A stretch of DNA of 61,648 nt, the filler included, from Choristocarpus tenellus KU-1152 (Eukaryota > Protista > Phaeophyceae), in assembly GCA_964200185.2 (NCBI GenBank). It is 8 parts of 8 records of this genome, joined end to end, with 100 filler letters (N's around TTAATTAATTAA, not from the genome) between each part and the next. Parts side by side here need not be neighbours in the genome. Positions count along the whole stretch, not along the records: positions 23,047 to 33,067 come from CAXNAD020003202.1; positions 33,168 to 50,579 come from CAXNAD020000675.1; 6 more parts are not named here. One strand, 5' to 3'. The position numbers and the translations under genes are program-made. The notes under the pieces were generated by a model, which saw nothing but the letters and a program-made list of their open reading frames with translations, did no database searches and was not told where the DNA came from. Shown here in pieces: positions 26,625 through 39,874 of the stretch; within the stretch, counting starts at the first letter, position 1; the number at the start of each line of letters is the position of its first letter.

Positions 26625-27513
26625 ATGACTGGAGGCATAAGAGGATCAACGTCATCATCCTACCTCTCTCTTGGAGGACAAGAGAGCAAAATGTTTGATA
26701 CTTGTACTTTCCCGCCCCAACAGAACCTGGTTCCGAGACCTTTCGTAGGTACACGGCCCTTCGAATGCAAGGGACACGAGTTGTACCTCCAAGAGAGGCC
26801 CTTGAAGATTCATGAAGACTGAGCAAATTTATAGAAGACATAGAATCTGAATTTTATTGATTATTAAAATGCATTGAACTCCTTGAATCTTGCCAAGAAC
26901 TGAAGACGATATCCAGCAATCCATACCATTTTCCATTGCAACCTGCGATCCTCAGGTCGATTGCAGCCAACTCTACCGAGAGTCAAGCCCAGACCGGAGA
27001 TTGATTTCGTGAAGGGGGGGAGTGACTTTCGTTGCCCGAGGACCTTTAGTAGCTTCGGGGAACAGACGTTATCGCGAAGGGTCTATCGTACTGCAGGGAG
27101 TCCGACTTTCACGAAGCAGGACAGATGGTTCGTACCAGGAGACAAGTTCAAAGGTATGGAAACAATCGTCTTCAGCACGTCTTTTTTGCGACCACTATGG
27201 GTGCAGTCGCTCAGTTTGAAGCTCGAAAGGTTGAGGTGACACTCATGCGTACTGCTGTAGTTTTTCACAGCGACACCCTGTGCGACTTGCACACGTCAGG
27301 AGACAGTATGTAAACTCACAACGCAATTTCCTGTTGTTTCCTCGGCTGTCGTTTCCTGTGGTAGCGCACGGAGGTACACCAATATCCTCCATGGGAGACC
27401 AGGTCACTTCTACGCGCATCTCGGGATCTCGTACACACTTCGGCACTTCGACTCGTGATAGCGCCATGAGGATGTACGCAATATGGTCCGTCGCCCAGCA
27501 CCCACGAAGCTAA
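26625..27513 (+). CDS. Small (~156 aa) protein with SHIPPO/ODF3-like flagellar repeat elements; complete 3-exon gene
   Basis: Exons 26625-26748, 26956-27153, 27365-27513 (ATG to TAA, phases 1 and 1). Two repeats, SSFGEQTLSRRVYRTAGSPTFTKQDR and SSMGDQVTSTRISGSRTHFGTSTR, resemble the SSxGxQxxSxxxSxPxxxFGxxxR repeat of H-SHIPPO-type axonemal proteins. Confidence 0.7.
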
Positions 27514-29174
27514 TAACGATGGTGTAAGCCTTAGATCCTTGGTAGAAATCTACGTATCCTTTGCACAGCCTAAGATGCCAGGATATCTGGACTTGCCTTG
27601 CCATCAGAATACGAAGATGCAGAACAGACTAGTTGCATAGTTTATTCATCATGGTGCGGGGTTGTTCAGAGGTAGATCTGCAGTGCTGAAGTAAAATGCA
27701 GCAATGTATCTTCCTTTTTTCCCAGTGTAGTTGCACTATTTCCGTGAGACAGTGGTTTATATCCTTCTAGAAATCGATGCTATTCATATGACACTTTGAT
27801 GTCCTGTTCGAATGAGCGCGTTGGGCACAGAGTTTACTTACTGTATGCACGTCTGACTGTATGCCTTGGAAGTTTGAAGCGCTTGTAACATCAACAATGT
27901 AACAGTTTTTGTACAGTGTGAAGTAGTACACCATACGTACACAGGGTAGACCTATTATGCGCATAGTTATCAATCTCAAACTAGACGGAATGTATTGACA
28001 AAATGTACATCACCTTGTATGGTTGTAAATGTATCTGCCAAATGGAAGGTATATCCAATCCAAATCGGAGTTGCTGCAGTTTATGGCACTCTCAACAGTT
28101 GTATGGTTGTATCTGGACCAGGTCTCATTCCAAACAAAGTGTACATTAATTGGATAGGAATATCTGTATGTGCGATCCCCTGTAGCAAGGAAAGCATGGA
28201 TGTTGGTCATGGTCACATCTCGTTTTCAGCTGTACTGAGAATGGTACTATAGGTATTCTGAGGCCTCCTCTTCTCTTGGTGAGAGTAAATTGATGGAGAA
28301 ATGCACAATAGCAGTAGTACAGTTGGTGATGAGCACATAGCACATGGCCTAGCTGAAGAACTATCATCACAAACATTGATAAGGAGAGAGCGTCACTGTG
28401 TCTTAAACGTGTATCACTACACCATGGTAGTTTTTTAATACTGATGATGATGGTCCAAAAGCAGGCACCGTATATCTCTTGCTGGCTGCAGTGGTTTATA
28501 CTTTCTCATGCATCGGGTTGTTCTCGGTCAAACTACGGTTCTTCTTTTTTTGCCAATAGAATCCAATGTTTCTTGTGATTAATATCTCTGAGTTGGGTTG
28601 CACCTCCCAGGTCATTACAATACCTTTCCCTGCATCCTGACATTGTGGTAGAATGTCATGTTTGGTCTTGTTTTTTATATTGGCCGCAATCACTGTTGCC
28701 TTTTAATGCTACTGTCAAGTAGCATTTGCCAAATTGCAAATAAACAGCTGTGCCCTTTCTTAAATGAAAGTATTGTGCCAGATCGTACAACAGATCGATC
28801 TATACACTGGTTCGATAAATTTGTCATCTTATGTAATATACTTCAAGTATCTTCCATGAATAAGAATTGATGTATGCAAGGGAGATCAACTGCAAATCAC
28901 TACTCTAAGCACTAAAACATACATCTAGTGGGAATTGATATTGGCTAGTAGAGATTCTCAACAAGTCCAGACTGAATCTCCTTTTCTATTCGCTTGAATA
29001 TTTTCCTATAGCTCTATTCCTAACCCTGACCCACATACACACTGTGAACAGATACACAACTTCACAAATGCGCACATCCATCCTCATGGACACACCTTCG
29101 CACACACATGCATAAATAAATGCACGCACATCACACGTGGGTGTCAGAGCCACAAAACCGCTCTCATAACGACA

Positions 29175-31362
29175 CTATCGCCTATCCTTGCCAAAAATTC
29201 GGGCAGCCCGACTCCATTTCTTTGCTGCCTTTTCTCCTTCCTTGGTACTCCTGCCTGCACTTTCATTGCTGGCTTCCAGTCCAGCTAGTCCCATCTCATG
29301 ATGAGAGTCTGTAGGAACCACTCCTCTTAGACCAAGACCATGGTTCGTATCTGCGAGGCGGCTCCTCATGCTCCCTCTAGGCTTGAGCTGGTTGAGAGCA
29401 TTCCTGGATTGTGTGGAATGCAATTGGTGGATGAAAGGCCTAGGGATCTCCACTATCAATATGTTCAGAGACTATGACTCCCTCTACAGGAAATGACCCT
29501 TACTCCTCTCGCAAAATTCTTCTGTGTGCTGGACTGCTGCAGACATATATATTGGTAGGCAGAGGTTGGTATGGACAATACACCATCAAAACCACAAGCT
29601 GTTCTTTATTCTGTAGCATAAAATATAGAAATTGATGTACCACCTTGCTGGACGTACTTCGAAGTAGTTCTCTGAGTAAAGTTATGGATAATACGAGCAA
29701 TCTTGAACGCTCAAAAACCGCTCTTTCCTGCACCAAGTTTGAGTGGTGTGTCATGTGCGTTTTTTCATAGCACATGGAGAGAGGTCATTCTATCCTCAAG
29801 ACTTCCTGGATGAAATACTACTCCAACTAATGATTCACAATGTGAGAGTTTGGACAACCTGAGGGATGCCTAATGTGGTATAAGAGCTCTAGGGAAGAAA
29901 AACGATTGGATACATTTGAACTTGCCTCGAGACAGTGCCAGCCATGTGCCAAATGAGCTTCCTGAAGAGGCGTGGCCAGGTAGTGAGTTTTCCTTGCCGA
30001 ACAAAGGGCTTCAAAGACACCTGCGTTCCACCAGATAAGGTTGGCAAGGGTATTTGGTTGAAGGGGCTGGTGGCAGTAGACAAGGAAGACATGCAAAAGG
30101 AGGACTAAGAAATGAGTGAAAGTATCTTGGAGGGTACGTTTTTTCCCCTGTTTGTCCATTTGGGGCTTGGCTTCCCATGGTCTCTTCTTATGACATTTTC
30201 CTACTCGAAAATGTTTCGGAGTAGGTAAAATGTGTATGTTATGAAAAGGTGTGTCCGGCACAAGGATATTTACACTTCCTAGCGAACATGATTGTCAGAG
30301 TTACAAAAAATTGCAACATTGGATTTTGGACCCCAAATGGACGCGGCTCTACCCTCTAAGATACTTTGGCTCAAAACAACAAGGAATTCTTGCTTTGAAG
30401 ATGCAGTCAACTTTGAAGGGGAAAAAAGCATGGTGAAAAAGGGTGCACTTTGCTCTACTGAAGCGTGGATAGATGTAGACCTTAGAGAATGGGCATGCAG
30501 GGACGGCATGAATAAGGAATAGAGGGTGCTAAAAGGGATCCAGAGTCTCTCACTTGATACATAGAAAAAGTGAGAGCTGTTGCTATGCTGTGTTTGGGTG
30601 AAGAGCAACACAAGGAAATGACGAACCCAGCTGTCACAGCAGGGCCTAAAACCCCTCCACACACAGCACTCAAGGCTGTGGAAAAAGGGTTTTCGAAACT
30701 TACTTTTCTTGAGATGGGAAAACAAGTTGGGAAAAATATTCCTAGAACAAAATTATATCGAAATATATCATGTGTACTCCGAAGCATGCATAACTCCAAG
30801 GTTATCTTGAGCGATGACATTTTTCTCCTCAAAGAAAGTGGATACCAACATATGCACAATATTTTCTCTGCCATAACTCCGTCACATGGTGTGCCATCTC
30901 TTCGCAAGCCCGATCTCCTGTTTGTCATGCTGTGGGTCGTACTTAGAGGTTCTTAGCATCTGTTAGAAGAACAATCCCAAGACCACACTTCCACACCCAT
31001 GCTTTCAAGGTCTAAAACAATGCGCGTCTGACGATTTTAGTGGATTTGAGGTTCCATAACCACTTTAGCGCATTGCATGGCAACCAAAGTTATTGCGCTC
31101 TACCTTGTAATGATCGAGATGGAGCAGCTTGTAGCCAGCAAGACTGACACTGAGGTTGAATCCTCCTAGTCTTATGTACCGGAAGTACACTGCGCCTGCC
31201 GACTGATGGTCTTTCTCCTCACCTGCTGGTCCTGCCTGCATTTTCTTTAGAATGTAAGTAACGAATGGTGCTGGTGATCCTCTTCTTCTCTCAATCAATA
31301 CCACGAGAGACGTTTGAAAACTTTGGCAAAGTAATGAGAAAAAACATCGATCAGAGATGGTT

Positions 31363-31398
<36 letters not shown>

Positions 31399-32666
31399 CA
31401 GAATGCAGAAATGCAGTAACTAGCACGCTTGTGTATTGTACACACGCACAGCACACAAACTCTTACACTTACGCAAGCTATACAAACGATGAGACCCATA
31501 TTACCCTAGAGGGGGGAGTTGCATAAGAGAGGTCGTCCAAATGGGCTTGATGGTGTGAGGTAAAAAATATACCCCGGTTTGATGGTCGTTTCAAAAGAGA
31601 TCTTCCTCCGGATTGGTCCAGGGATGGGAACGGAAAACAAAGGGTGTGTCCAGGTGAAAAAAAATTCCTCACACCTGACACGTTCACTGTAATGACAAGA
31701 AAACCAACAAATGATGACAAATGGCCCGAAAGGGATGCCTGACCCTCCTCTAGGATACTGTTGGTCTGAGATCAAGGGGTAGGGGACACACCTTGATGCG
31801 AAAAAAACGGATCAATATAGTGAATACAAGCTACAACTACTCCAATTCCTTCAATATAAGTGGTTCTCTGAAGTTGCTGCTCTTGGGGACATCTTTCATG
31901 AACTGAAAATGAGATACCTCCTGTCTTGACCTTTATGCGTTGCTTTGTGCATGTCCTACACAAAATGACAGTGTCCACACCTTGTGGACATCCAGCCAGC
32001 GCCCTGCTGATCCCCTGTTCATGCCCAGTCGCTTGCCCAGAAGCAGTGTTACACTGCCCACTCTGCCTTCCTCAGCATCCCTACCCATCCCACCTCTTGC
32101 TGATTCTCGAACACTGCGCCCCTTCTGCTTCAGAGGTTGTTCTTGGTGTGTGGAGCTCTTGGGTTCTTCCTGTCAAACGGAGGCAGTGTCATTGTTTGTA
32201 TAGTGTGGAGGAGGGAGCTTGTGAGACATCTGAGCTTGTGTCCAGCGATGAAGAGAAATCAGGTCCAAAAAATCATAGACCCAGGCGGGTGTATGTGATA
32301 GAGCCATCCCATCCTACATCCAACTATTAGAGCAACAATTGAATGGCAAGGTGTTCCAATAATATCTATGTGACTTCTGGTCCAACAATTGTACCAACCA
32401 GATACATCAGCTCTATATATTGGAAAAACGCTGGAGCTATAATCGAGATTAAAAACCTCGGGGCAGACCCCTGGTGTTTGAGAGTTATTGAGGATAGTTC
32501 AGTAGTGTCAGCCATCCCTAAAGAGGGACATTCCCTACCTTTCCTGACTCACCTTTATGTCAAAGTACCTCTGCAGCAGGACTGCAACTCCTCTTGTCAT
32601 CTGAATAACCACCTCATGTGATACTGATGGGAACACGTCAACCTCCAGGTGCTTGAAAACTGACAC
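29175..32666 (-). CDS. BLTP2: Bridge-like lipid transfer protein (BLTP2/FMP27/SABRE/Hobbit family), C-terminal Apt1 region; 5' truncated
   Basis: Exons 32553-32666 (VSVFKHLEVDVFP...IQMTRGVAVLLQRYF), 31981-32169, 31104-31235 (VYFRYIRLGGFNLSVSLAGYK), 29926-30020 (LKPFVRQGKLTTWPRLFRKLIWH) and 29175-29403 (...ARIFGKDRR*). The motif order matches the family C-terminus. Confidence 0.75.
30114..30372 (+). mobile_element. ~260-bp MITE-like non-autonomous DNA transposon with ~24-bp TIRs (GAG...CTC)
   Basis: Left end GAGTGAAAGTATCTTGGAGGGTAC versus reverse complement of the right end GAGCCAAAGTATCTTAGAGGGTAG. Full-length homologous copies occur elsewhere in the window. Confidence 0.85.
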
Positions 32667-33636
32667 CTGTCGATCCATCAAGGGCACAGCATTAGGTAGA
32701 AAAATAGTGTATCATTTGAGCTCAGGACTATGAGGTATCATTGCCTTATAATTATTCATACTTCTGAGAAATAGGGGGTGAGATAGGGATCAGACTGGCA
32801 GGGATAAAGGTGTATAGTGGGTTCAGTATACGTAGTCTTTGGACAGAGGAAAAAATGTGGCAAGGATTTGAGGTGCGAGGGTCATCTCAAGTTTGTGGAT
32901 AAAGTTCATTTAGGGGCCAGAGGTTGGACCGCTGTTCAGGATATTGCCACAGGTTTCGGCTTGTAGTGCATATAGGACATGCTGTGGGAAGATCAACCTA
33001 GCAGGAACTGCCCATCAACCCTCAGTCTGGTCATTTATTCAAGACCCAAAGTATCTGGGAGGGGGGGNNNNNNNNNNNNNNNNNNNNNNNNNNNNNNNNN
33101 NNNNNNNNNNNTTAATTAATTAANNNNNNNNNNNNNNNNNNNNNNNNNNNNNNNNNNNNNNNNNNNNCATACATATTTTACTGTAACTGTCCGATAGAGT
33201 TGGAAGAGTCTAATCGAACACCTGAGTCCAGTACCATCGAGAGGAAAGGGGCAGGGGGGGCTGAGCCTGGTTGGCTAGCAGGGAGGGGCACGCTGGTCTG
33301 TACCTACAAGAGCAAGTTATCTACCTAAACCTACATGTGTAATTATGTGATCTGTGCTCAATTTTGACCTTCAAAGTGACTAGGGGGGAATTCTAAACTA
33401 AGGAGCATATCGTAGACCTGGAGGGAGCTTGCCAGAACCACCAAATCAAACAAATCAGATTTTGGGCAAACAACCCTCTCCACAAATCTCGACAAAATTC
33501 CTGAATCATATACAGAGACCGGTAGAAGGGCAGGGTGTGCATGTGCGACGATAGTTACAAATAATCATCTACTGCTTCACGTCTTGTTATAGTCACTAAT
33601 AATATTATACTTCATTTGAGGCAAAGCAATGGATTG

Positions 33637-34164
33637 GTAGGCAGGTTTGGACCCTTTTGCATTCTAACTTACCGCATTACCCTGTGCAATACGTCCTCTA
33701 TTGCTTTTTATATGTGCACAATAATGATATACACGTAAAATGTATAATTCCCCCTCTCCACACACAAAGTGGCATCCCAATTCAACAAATTATCTTTTCA
33801 CAATCGTACAAAACTACCTCTTTTTGCTATTTCTCAGGAATCGTAAAGTGCAACCTTGCCTACTTCTCAATTTCTTTTGCTCTTCAAGATCAGTAATACG
33901 TATGGTACTCAGCATATATCTCCACAAGATACCAAACCAACGAGAGATAGGTAGGTTTGAACCCTTTTGCATTCTAAGTCATATTTCTTGTCCCAAGAGT
34001 AAACTCTATTTAATTTCTTTTTGTCAAAACAATCGTGCACGCAACCCTTGGTATTTCCCCCTTTCCATAAAGTTACACCACAATTCAGCAAGACTCTTTT
34101 GCCGTTATACAAAGTGGAATATTTTTATCCTTTCTTGGCATCCTTAAAATGCAACCCTGCCTAC
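33637..34164. mobile_element. Two adjacent diverged copies (33637-33863, 33947-34164) of a second small TIR-bounded element
   Basis: Each copy starts RTAGGYAGGTTTGRACCCTTTTGCATTCTAA and ends TGCAACCYTGCCTAC, an imperfect inverted repeat of the start. Confidence 0.55.
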
Positions 34165-36006
34165 CTCTCATTTGGTCAGACTCACAAATAAATACGTTAT
34201 TTCGCCCACGCTCTAGTATTTTGTAGACGTTGGCACAGAAGGAACAGTGCTCCCATCGTTATGTTCTACATTTCCAAATTATTGTGGTAATAATGACGAA
34301 GTGGAAGGGTGGAGGGAGATATTTCTCTCTGTTCTTGTCCACAACATACAGAATACCAGAACGTAAGAAGGTGGTACGTTGATTGGGGTACTCGGACAAC
34401 AGTAGATGAGTATCTCTGTATTCCATCGGAAGGAATGATAAGCCAGTGGCCACTCTAATCAAACTCCTTGAACCGTTCGTGTTCTCGTTTGTTGTGCATA
34501 CCAATGCGCAACGGCAAGCAGAAGTACTAATTACAAGATTACTCCAACTGTACTACAATAATAGTATAGTAGAAATAATAGTATAGTACTGTTGACCCGT
34601 ACGAGACAAAAAGTGCAGGTAAGGTGGTTTATGTTTCCTCACTAATAATTCATAAACTTCATTGCTCACAAAGTTTACTCATTGTTGTAGTAGAACTTCA
34701 GAGTTGTAGTACAATTACACCATAATATATATATATATAATTTTTGACCGTTGCTGTTTAAGCGATGGGATAGAAGTATAGTCAAGTAAACCCCTTCACA
34801 TTGTACTTCAGTACTATTCTGTACCTCTTTTAAGAAATACGATGAGGTTCTTGTACAACTGATGGTACACGTTATTGTCATACCATATATCACGTCTACA
34901 ACAAGTGTACCAGTAATAGAAGTACTTGTAGTTCGATATATGGGATTAGGGTTGGACTAAATAATTTTATTATTATGCCCTCTGACACTTTGCATATGTG
35001 TCAGGACTAATAATTGTTATTATAGAAACAAAACGCAAAATAGCCAATACTCTTAACTCTATTACTTGACTCTATTACTTGGAGTAAACAGATATATTGG
35101 AACACTTCTGGAAAATGTGAAGAGATCATAATATATGTGGAAGAGGAGGTTATAGATCTATAAGATGAAGGTGTCGAGATACGAACACATCTCAACAAGT
35201 CAATTACGATTCAGTTTCACTTTCTCCCAATATACCAATAATCTCTATATTTTTCCCCTATATACCACTGATCTATTTATTGTGGTCAGTGCACTCTCCA
35301 CTATATTATTCATTTCCTTTCCATTTCTCTTTTCTTCTGACTTGTGAACGGCATCGTTCATTCACACATGTGCCGTTTAGATTTGATTCTATTTAGTTGG
35401 ACTTCACATAATGTTATGTGCAACATAATGTAGTATATCAAATTTAGTATTGTAGTTTTTTGAATAGTGGGGAGTTGAGGAGACTTTTTTTACTGAGGAA
35501 TCAAATTATATATTCTAATCATTCCTTACATCTTCAATAACATTGTCTTCAAAATCAATATTTTAACAACGATAATCAAGGAGCACGGTATCCTGAATAA
35601 TAGGTATCCTGTTCTATATCTTCTTCCAACTATCCTATACCCCCTCAAATGTTCCTGTCGGAATAGGAGAATTTTGAATATCTCATGAACAACGACTTTT
35701 TAATTGTAACCTACCCCTATACATGCAAATTAATTCTCCAACAGCAATGATCAAGACTGAATGTACTGAGGTAGTAGTGCTGCAGTGACAAGCCACCAAC
35801 AGGATTTAACAGCCTGCTGCTATCATTGCTTGACTAAGCTGATAACTATTCTAACGAGAACAGCTCCTTGGGTTCTGCGTGCTTGGAGAGGGCTGGGGAA
35901 TTCTTTAATCATTCAAAAGATTGAGAGTGTGACAGGACCTGTTGATAAGGTTGAAGAACGAAAAAAAAGCGACCGGGTATCAATATTTGATCTGGGTGAG
36001 TCTCCG

Positions 36007-39000
36007 ATGACTTTGCTGGTGGGATTGCCGCTGACAAGACGGCGCCGGAGGGACGGAGGATTCGTAGGACAGTCGAAACTACAGCAAGCGAGGACCGGGG
36101 TGGAGGACAGGTGGCGACACCGGGGCTTGCTGTTGTGGGCAGTGAGCTCCTTGTTGCTCCCACTGACCAAGGCTGTAGTATTTGAAAGCGTGGTTAACGT
36201 CACCCTGAGCTGCCCCAGCCAGTGTGGATGTACTGGGCAGACAGATGCAGGGATATTGAGTGTATACAGACATCCAAGCAGCAACGTCACGGTGAGTCGA
36301 CCTCCCCTCAAGGCACTGACATATTAGCTGAAACTAGAATGTAATATCGAAATCCAACCTGTTCTAGTCTTTCCGCACAGCATACACCTTACCTTTGCCA
36401 TATCGTCGACCCTGAAGTGAGGGATACTTATTGCGTCCGTTATCATGATATGGTGAGCGATATTTTTCAAAGAGCTCAATGGTCGAAGTAGACGTGAGAG
36501 GCCTCCAAGGAGACACGATCACACAAAGCAAGAAAACTCCGTATTTGATATCCAATCCAAATCATCAGTTGCGCGAGCTTAGACTGATCCAGGGTTGGAC
36601 TGCCTCTATCTTTGACAATCCCCTCCCACCTATCTTGGGTTTCAAGGCATTGCCGAAAAGGAGATACCATAACGTAAGACACTCGGGCTGCTACTGTAGA
36701 AATCTGTGTGAAACATGTTTCTTGAGGAAATACTTTTTAAAACCTTAACGACACAGACCCAACTCGCCAACCAACCAGACAGTTCCCCAAGCAAATCTAC
36801 CTAGACAAATTTACACGAATATCGATTGTTGTCTCGATTCCTGCTAAGTGTACGCTATCTCAATCATCTAGCATGTGACGTCGTAATTGGATCGAAAAAA
36901 CATGTAAGTTTCCCCCTCTCTACTGAAGGTCGCATGTTGGCTGCACAACCCTTTCTTCGCTAGATACCGCAATGAATGCTTATGTTTTGTAGATCTCTAT
37001 TCTTGTAGAAGGTCTGACCGGAACATACTCTTCGCTTCGGTCTCCAATCCAAGGATTTGAATACCGTTCAGAGTACACTAGAAAGCGAGTGCTAGACCAC
37101 TCGAGGGACCCCCTCATGATAACTAAGTGCTCAGCATCAAAGCATGAAGACTAGGAGCATAGCTGAAAGTGGTCTTTGGAAAGTGACCAGTTACTTAATC
37201 GTCTGATAACTCTGACACCCGTTTCTGCTACAGTTTTATTGTTAACTGTAGATTACGGTAGTTTTACAACACCTTCGGTGCTCTGGCTTGAGTTGTAACG
37301 AGCACACAGCCTTAGAGTAGATGATAAGATCCCTCCACAGTACCATTTGAAACCTTAGGTAGTAGACGAAGGATATAAACGCCCTCTCTTCCACGGAGTT
37401 CGTAAGTCCAAGCCCTAAAGGTAACATTTTGCCTCGGATTATGATAAAAGCCTGAAGAAGGGCACTGAACAATGGTGCATATGGTAAATCTATTTACATA
37501 CATGTCCAATGTACACAGCACTGGGGCATAGCACCTACTATATACATACATGGAACATAATCGTTGTATCCCACTGGTATGTATTCTACTTACTTGGCAT
37601 GGGCTACAATATATAGAGGGGAAATTCATGATATGGTGACCTCAGTGCCTGTGGTTATGACTACCTTTATCTCCATTCCGTCTATCCTTAGTATCTGGAT
37701 GCTACAATTGTGCTATATATTCTTGAGAGTACATGGTGGTTGATTTTTGGGATTCTGTTGTCAATACATTCACTCCACTATTAACCTTAGTGCCTTCCAA
37801 GGGTGTAATCACATTGACATACAATTATTTATTAAATTTTTCAAAAGAATGCACTCACAACACACTTGTAGCCCTAAGCTCTATGGCCCAGCAGGCTAAT
37901 GCCTTCTATGATGCTTCTGTTTCCCATGTACTTCAGAGGCTTGAATAGTGGCTTGCAGTTGTGGTAATGGCATGGATCCCTCTCTGCTTTTGTATTCTGC
38001 CTGGTAGTATGATAGGAGGTATATCTTTTTGATAGTTTCAGTATTTGAAGTAATTTTTTATAAACACAGAGAAACGAATGGGGCAGGTACAAAGGATTAG
38101 TACTGCAGTAGGTGCTTGTACTTCAAAGTGTGATATGTGCGTTCACAGATACTTAGTACTCCTATTTGAACTTGGTTCGTAGTCAGTGCTATTTGTTACT
38201 TAGGAGTATTAAGAGTATTTCAAGATCGGCTAATTATTAGGAGGGTTTTCGACAGCTGTGCCATCCCTCACTTGGTCTGCTCACATTTGCTAATACCACG
38301 ATAGTAACTCCTTTGAGAACTTCTGGGAGGCGAAAGAGTTACGTGCCCACAGCCCCTGTACTTCTTTTCTTGCCTAAATGAGATTATTTTTTTTTGTGTA
38401 TGACATGGAACCTGAGGTCTTCTCCATCGTAGAGATATTTAAGAGTACAAGTCATTTTGAACTTATCGGCAATGAGGTTCTCTATCGATAAATCAAGTAC
38501 CACGTAGTAAAAAGCACTCTGTTCCCACCACCATCAGTGTGGTCCTGACGAGGTATCATCAAGTTCTACATTTTCGCACAGTCCTCACCATCTATTGGAT
38601 CAGTCCAAATGAGTGAGTCGAAGTAAGCGAGATCTACCTGATGTTGTGTTTATTTTAAGGATGCTGACAAATGGGTGCAAAATTCACCTTTTTGTACAAA
38701 TGCTTGTGGGGACTTTTCTGAATTTTGTAGAGGAGTTTCAAGCAGTAATAAAAAGAAATCAACAACCTCGAGTCAAACTCAGCAACTTCACTCCAAAAAA
38801 ATATGGGTGAATTGCAAAAGATTGAGAAAACTGGCTCAAAATGCAAGAATAGTCAAAAACTGGGTACCTCCCAATTTCTTTGGTTCAGTACCCTCCCAGA
38901 TACTTTGAGTTGAAGTATGTTGACAGTTCTAACCACCTATTGATACAGTACTAATGAGGTCAAATTGATAAATCTAATGTATGTGTGGTCCTAAACCAAC

Positions 39001-39838
39001 TGGGGATGTGGTCCTAATGGTCCTAATGCGATACCGGATGTGAGCACGGTCCTCACCGCCTAGTGTACATCCTGAAAAGTTCCTATCAATGCATCACATA
39101 TATATATATATATTTGTAAGTATCATCCTCACCACCTTCTAGTGGGATCCCATTGAGGTTCCATGCATGTGGATAAAACCCATGTGGATACAACCCATGT
39201 GGATACAATCCTTAGCCTTTTGGGGTGCCCCCAATGATTCCATCGTTACATGTAGTCCTACCCTAAACTTTGAAAAAGTTTTTGTGGAACCTATGTGTAT
39301 TATGTGTTTATGTACCATGTATTATGTGTTTATGTACCATGTATTATCTGTTTATGTACCATATATTATGTGTTTATGTACCATGTATTATCTGTTTATG
39401 TACCATATGATGGCATGCAATGGTGCGGTCTTAATGAGGTCCTGTCAATAAATCTAATCAAGCTATGACACTATCCGTTTTATTCCTGACACCACGGTGG
39501 GTAGTGAGTTTAGGTTAGTATTTCACTGTGCATGATGTGAATCCACTAACTTCAGCTAGTTTAGGCTAAGGGCAGGCCAAACCAACCTTTGGTTGGACGG
39601 AATAGGCTCACTTCTTCTTAGCAAGTATTGCATGAGGTTGCTGTGAATACTTTGAAGTATTTGTAACCATCACAAGAAAAATATAACAGTAGGTGGTCCA
39701 AATAATTTTGCCTTCCCAACTATCTTTCCGGATTTCTTTTACCTATATTTTCCTTTTTATATCCCCAATTTTGCGGACCATGCAGCGTGACTACCCTAAC
39801 CCTAACTACAGATTTGAACATGGTCCAACGACCCAGCC

Positions 39839-39874
<36 letters not shown>

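Noticed and set aside
30420-30960. Overlapping 128-148 aa ORFs inside a BLTP2 intron
   Set aside because: They have no recognisable motif or splice support and look like decayed repeat sequence.
38471-39460. AATGAGGT...ATAAATC motif recurring at 38471, 38953 and 39433 (~480-bp spacing)
   Set aside because: The intervening sequences are not colinear and one interval contains a MITE-like insertion, so the even spacing is probably coincidental within a decayed repeat.
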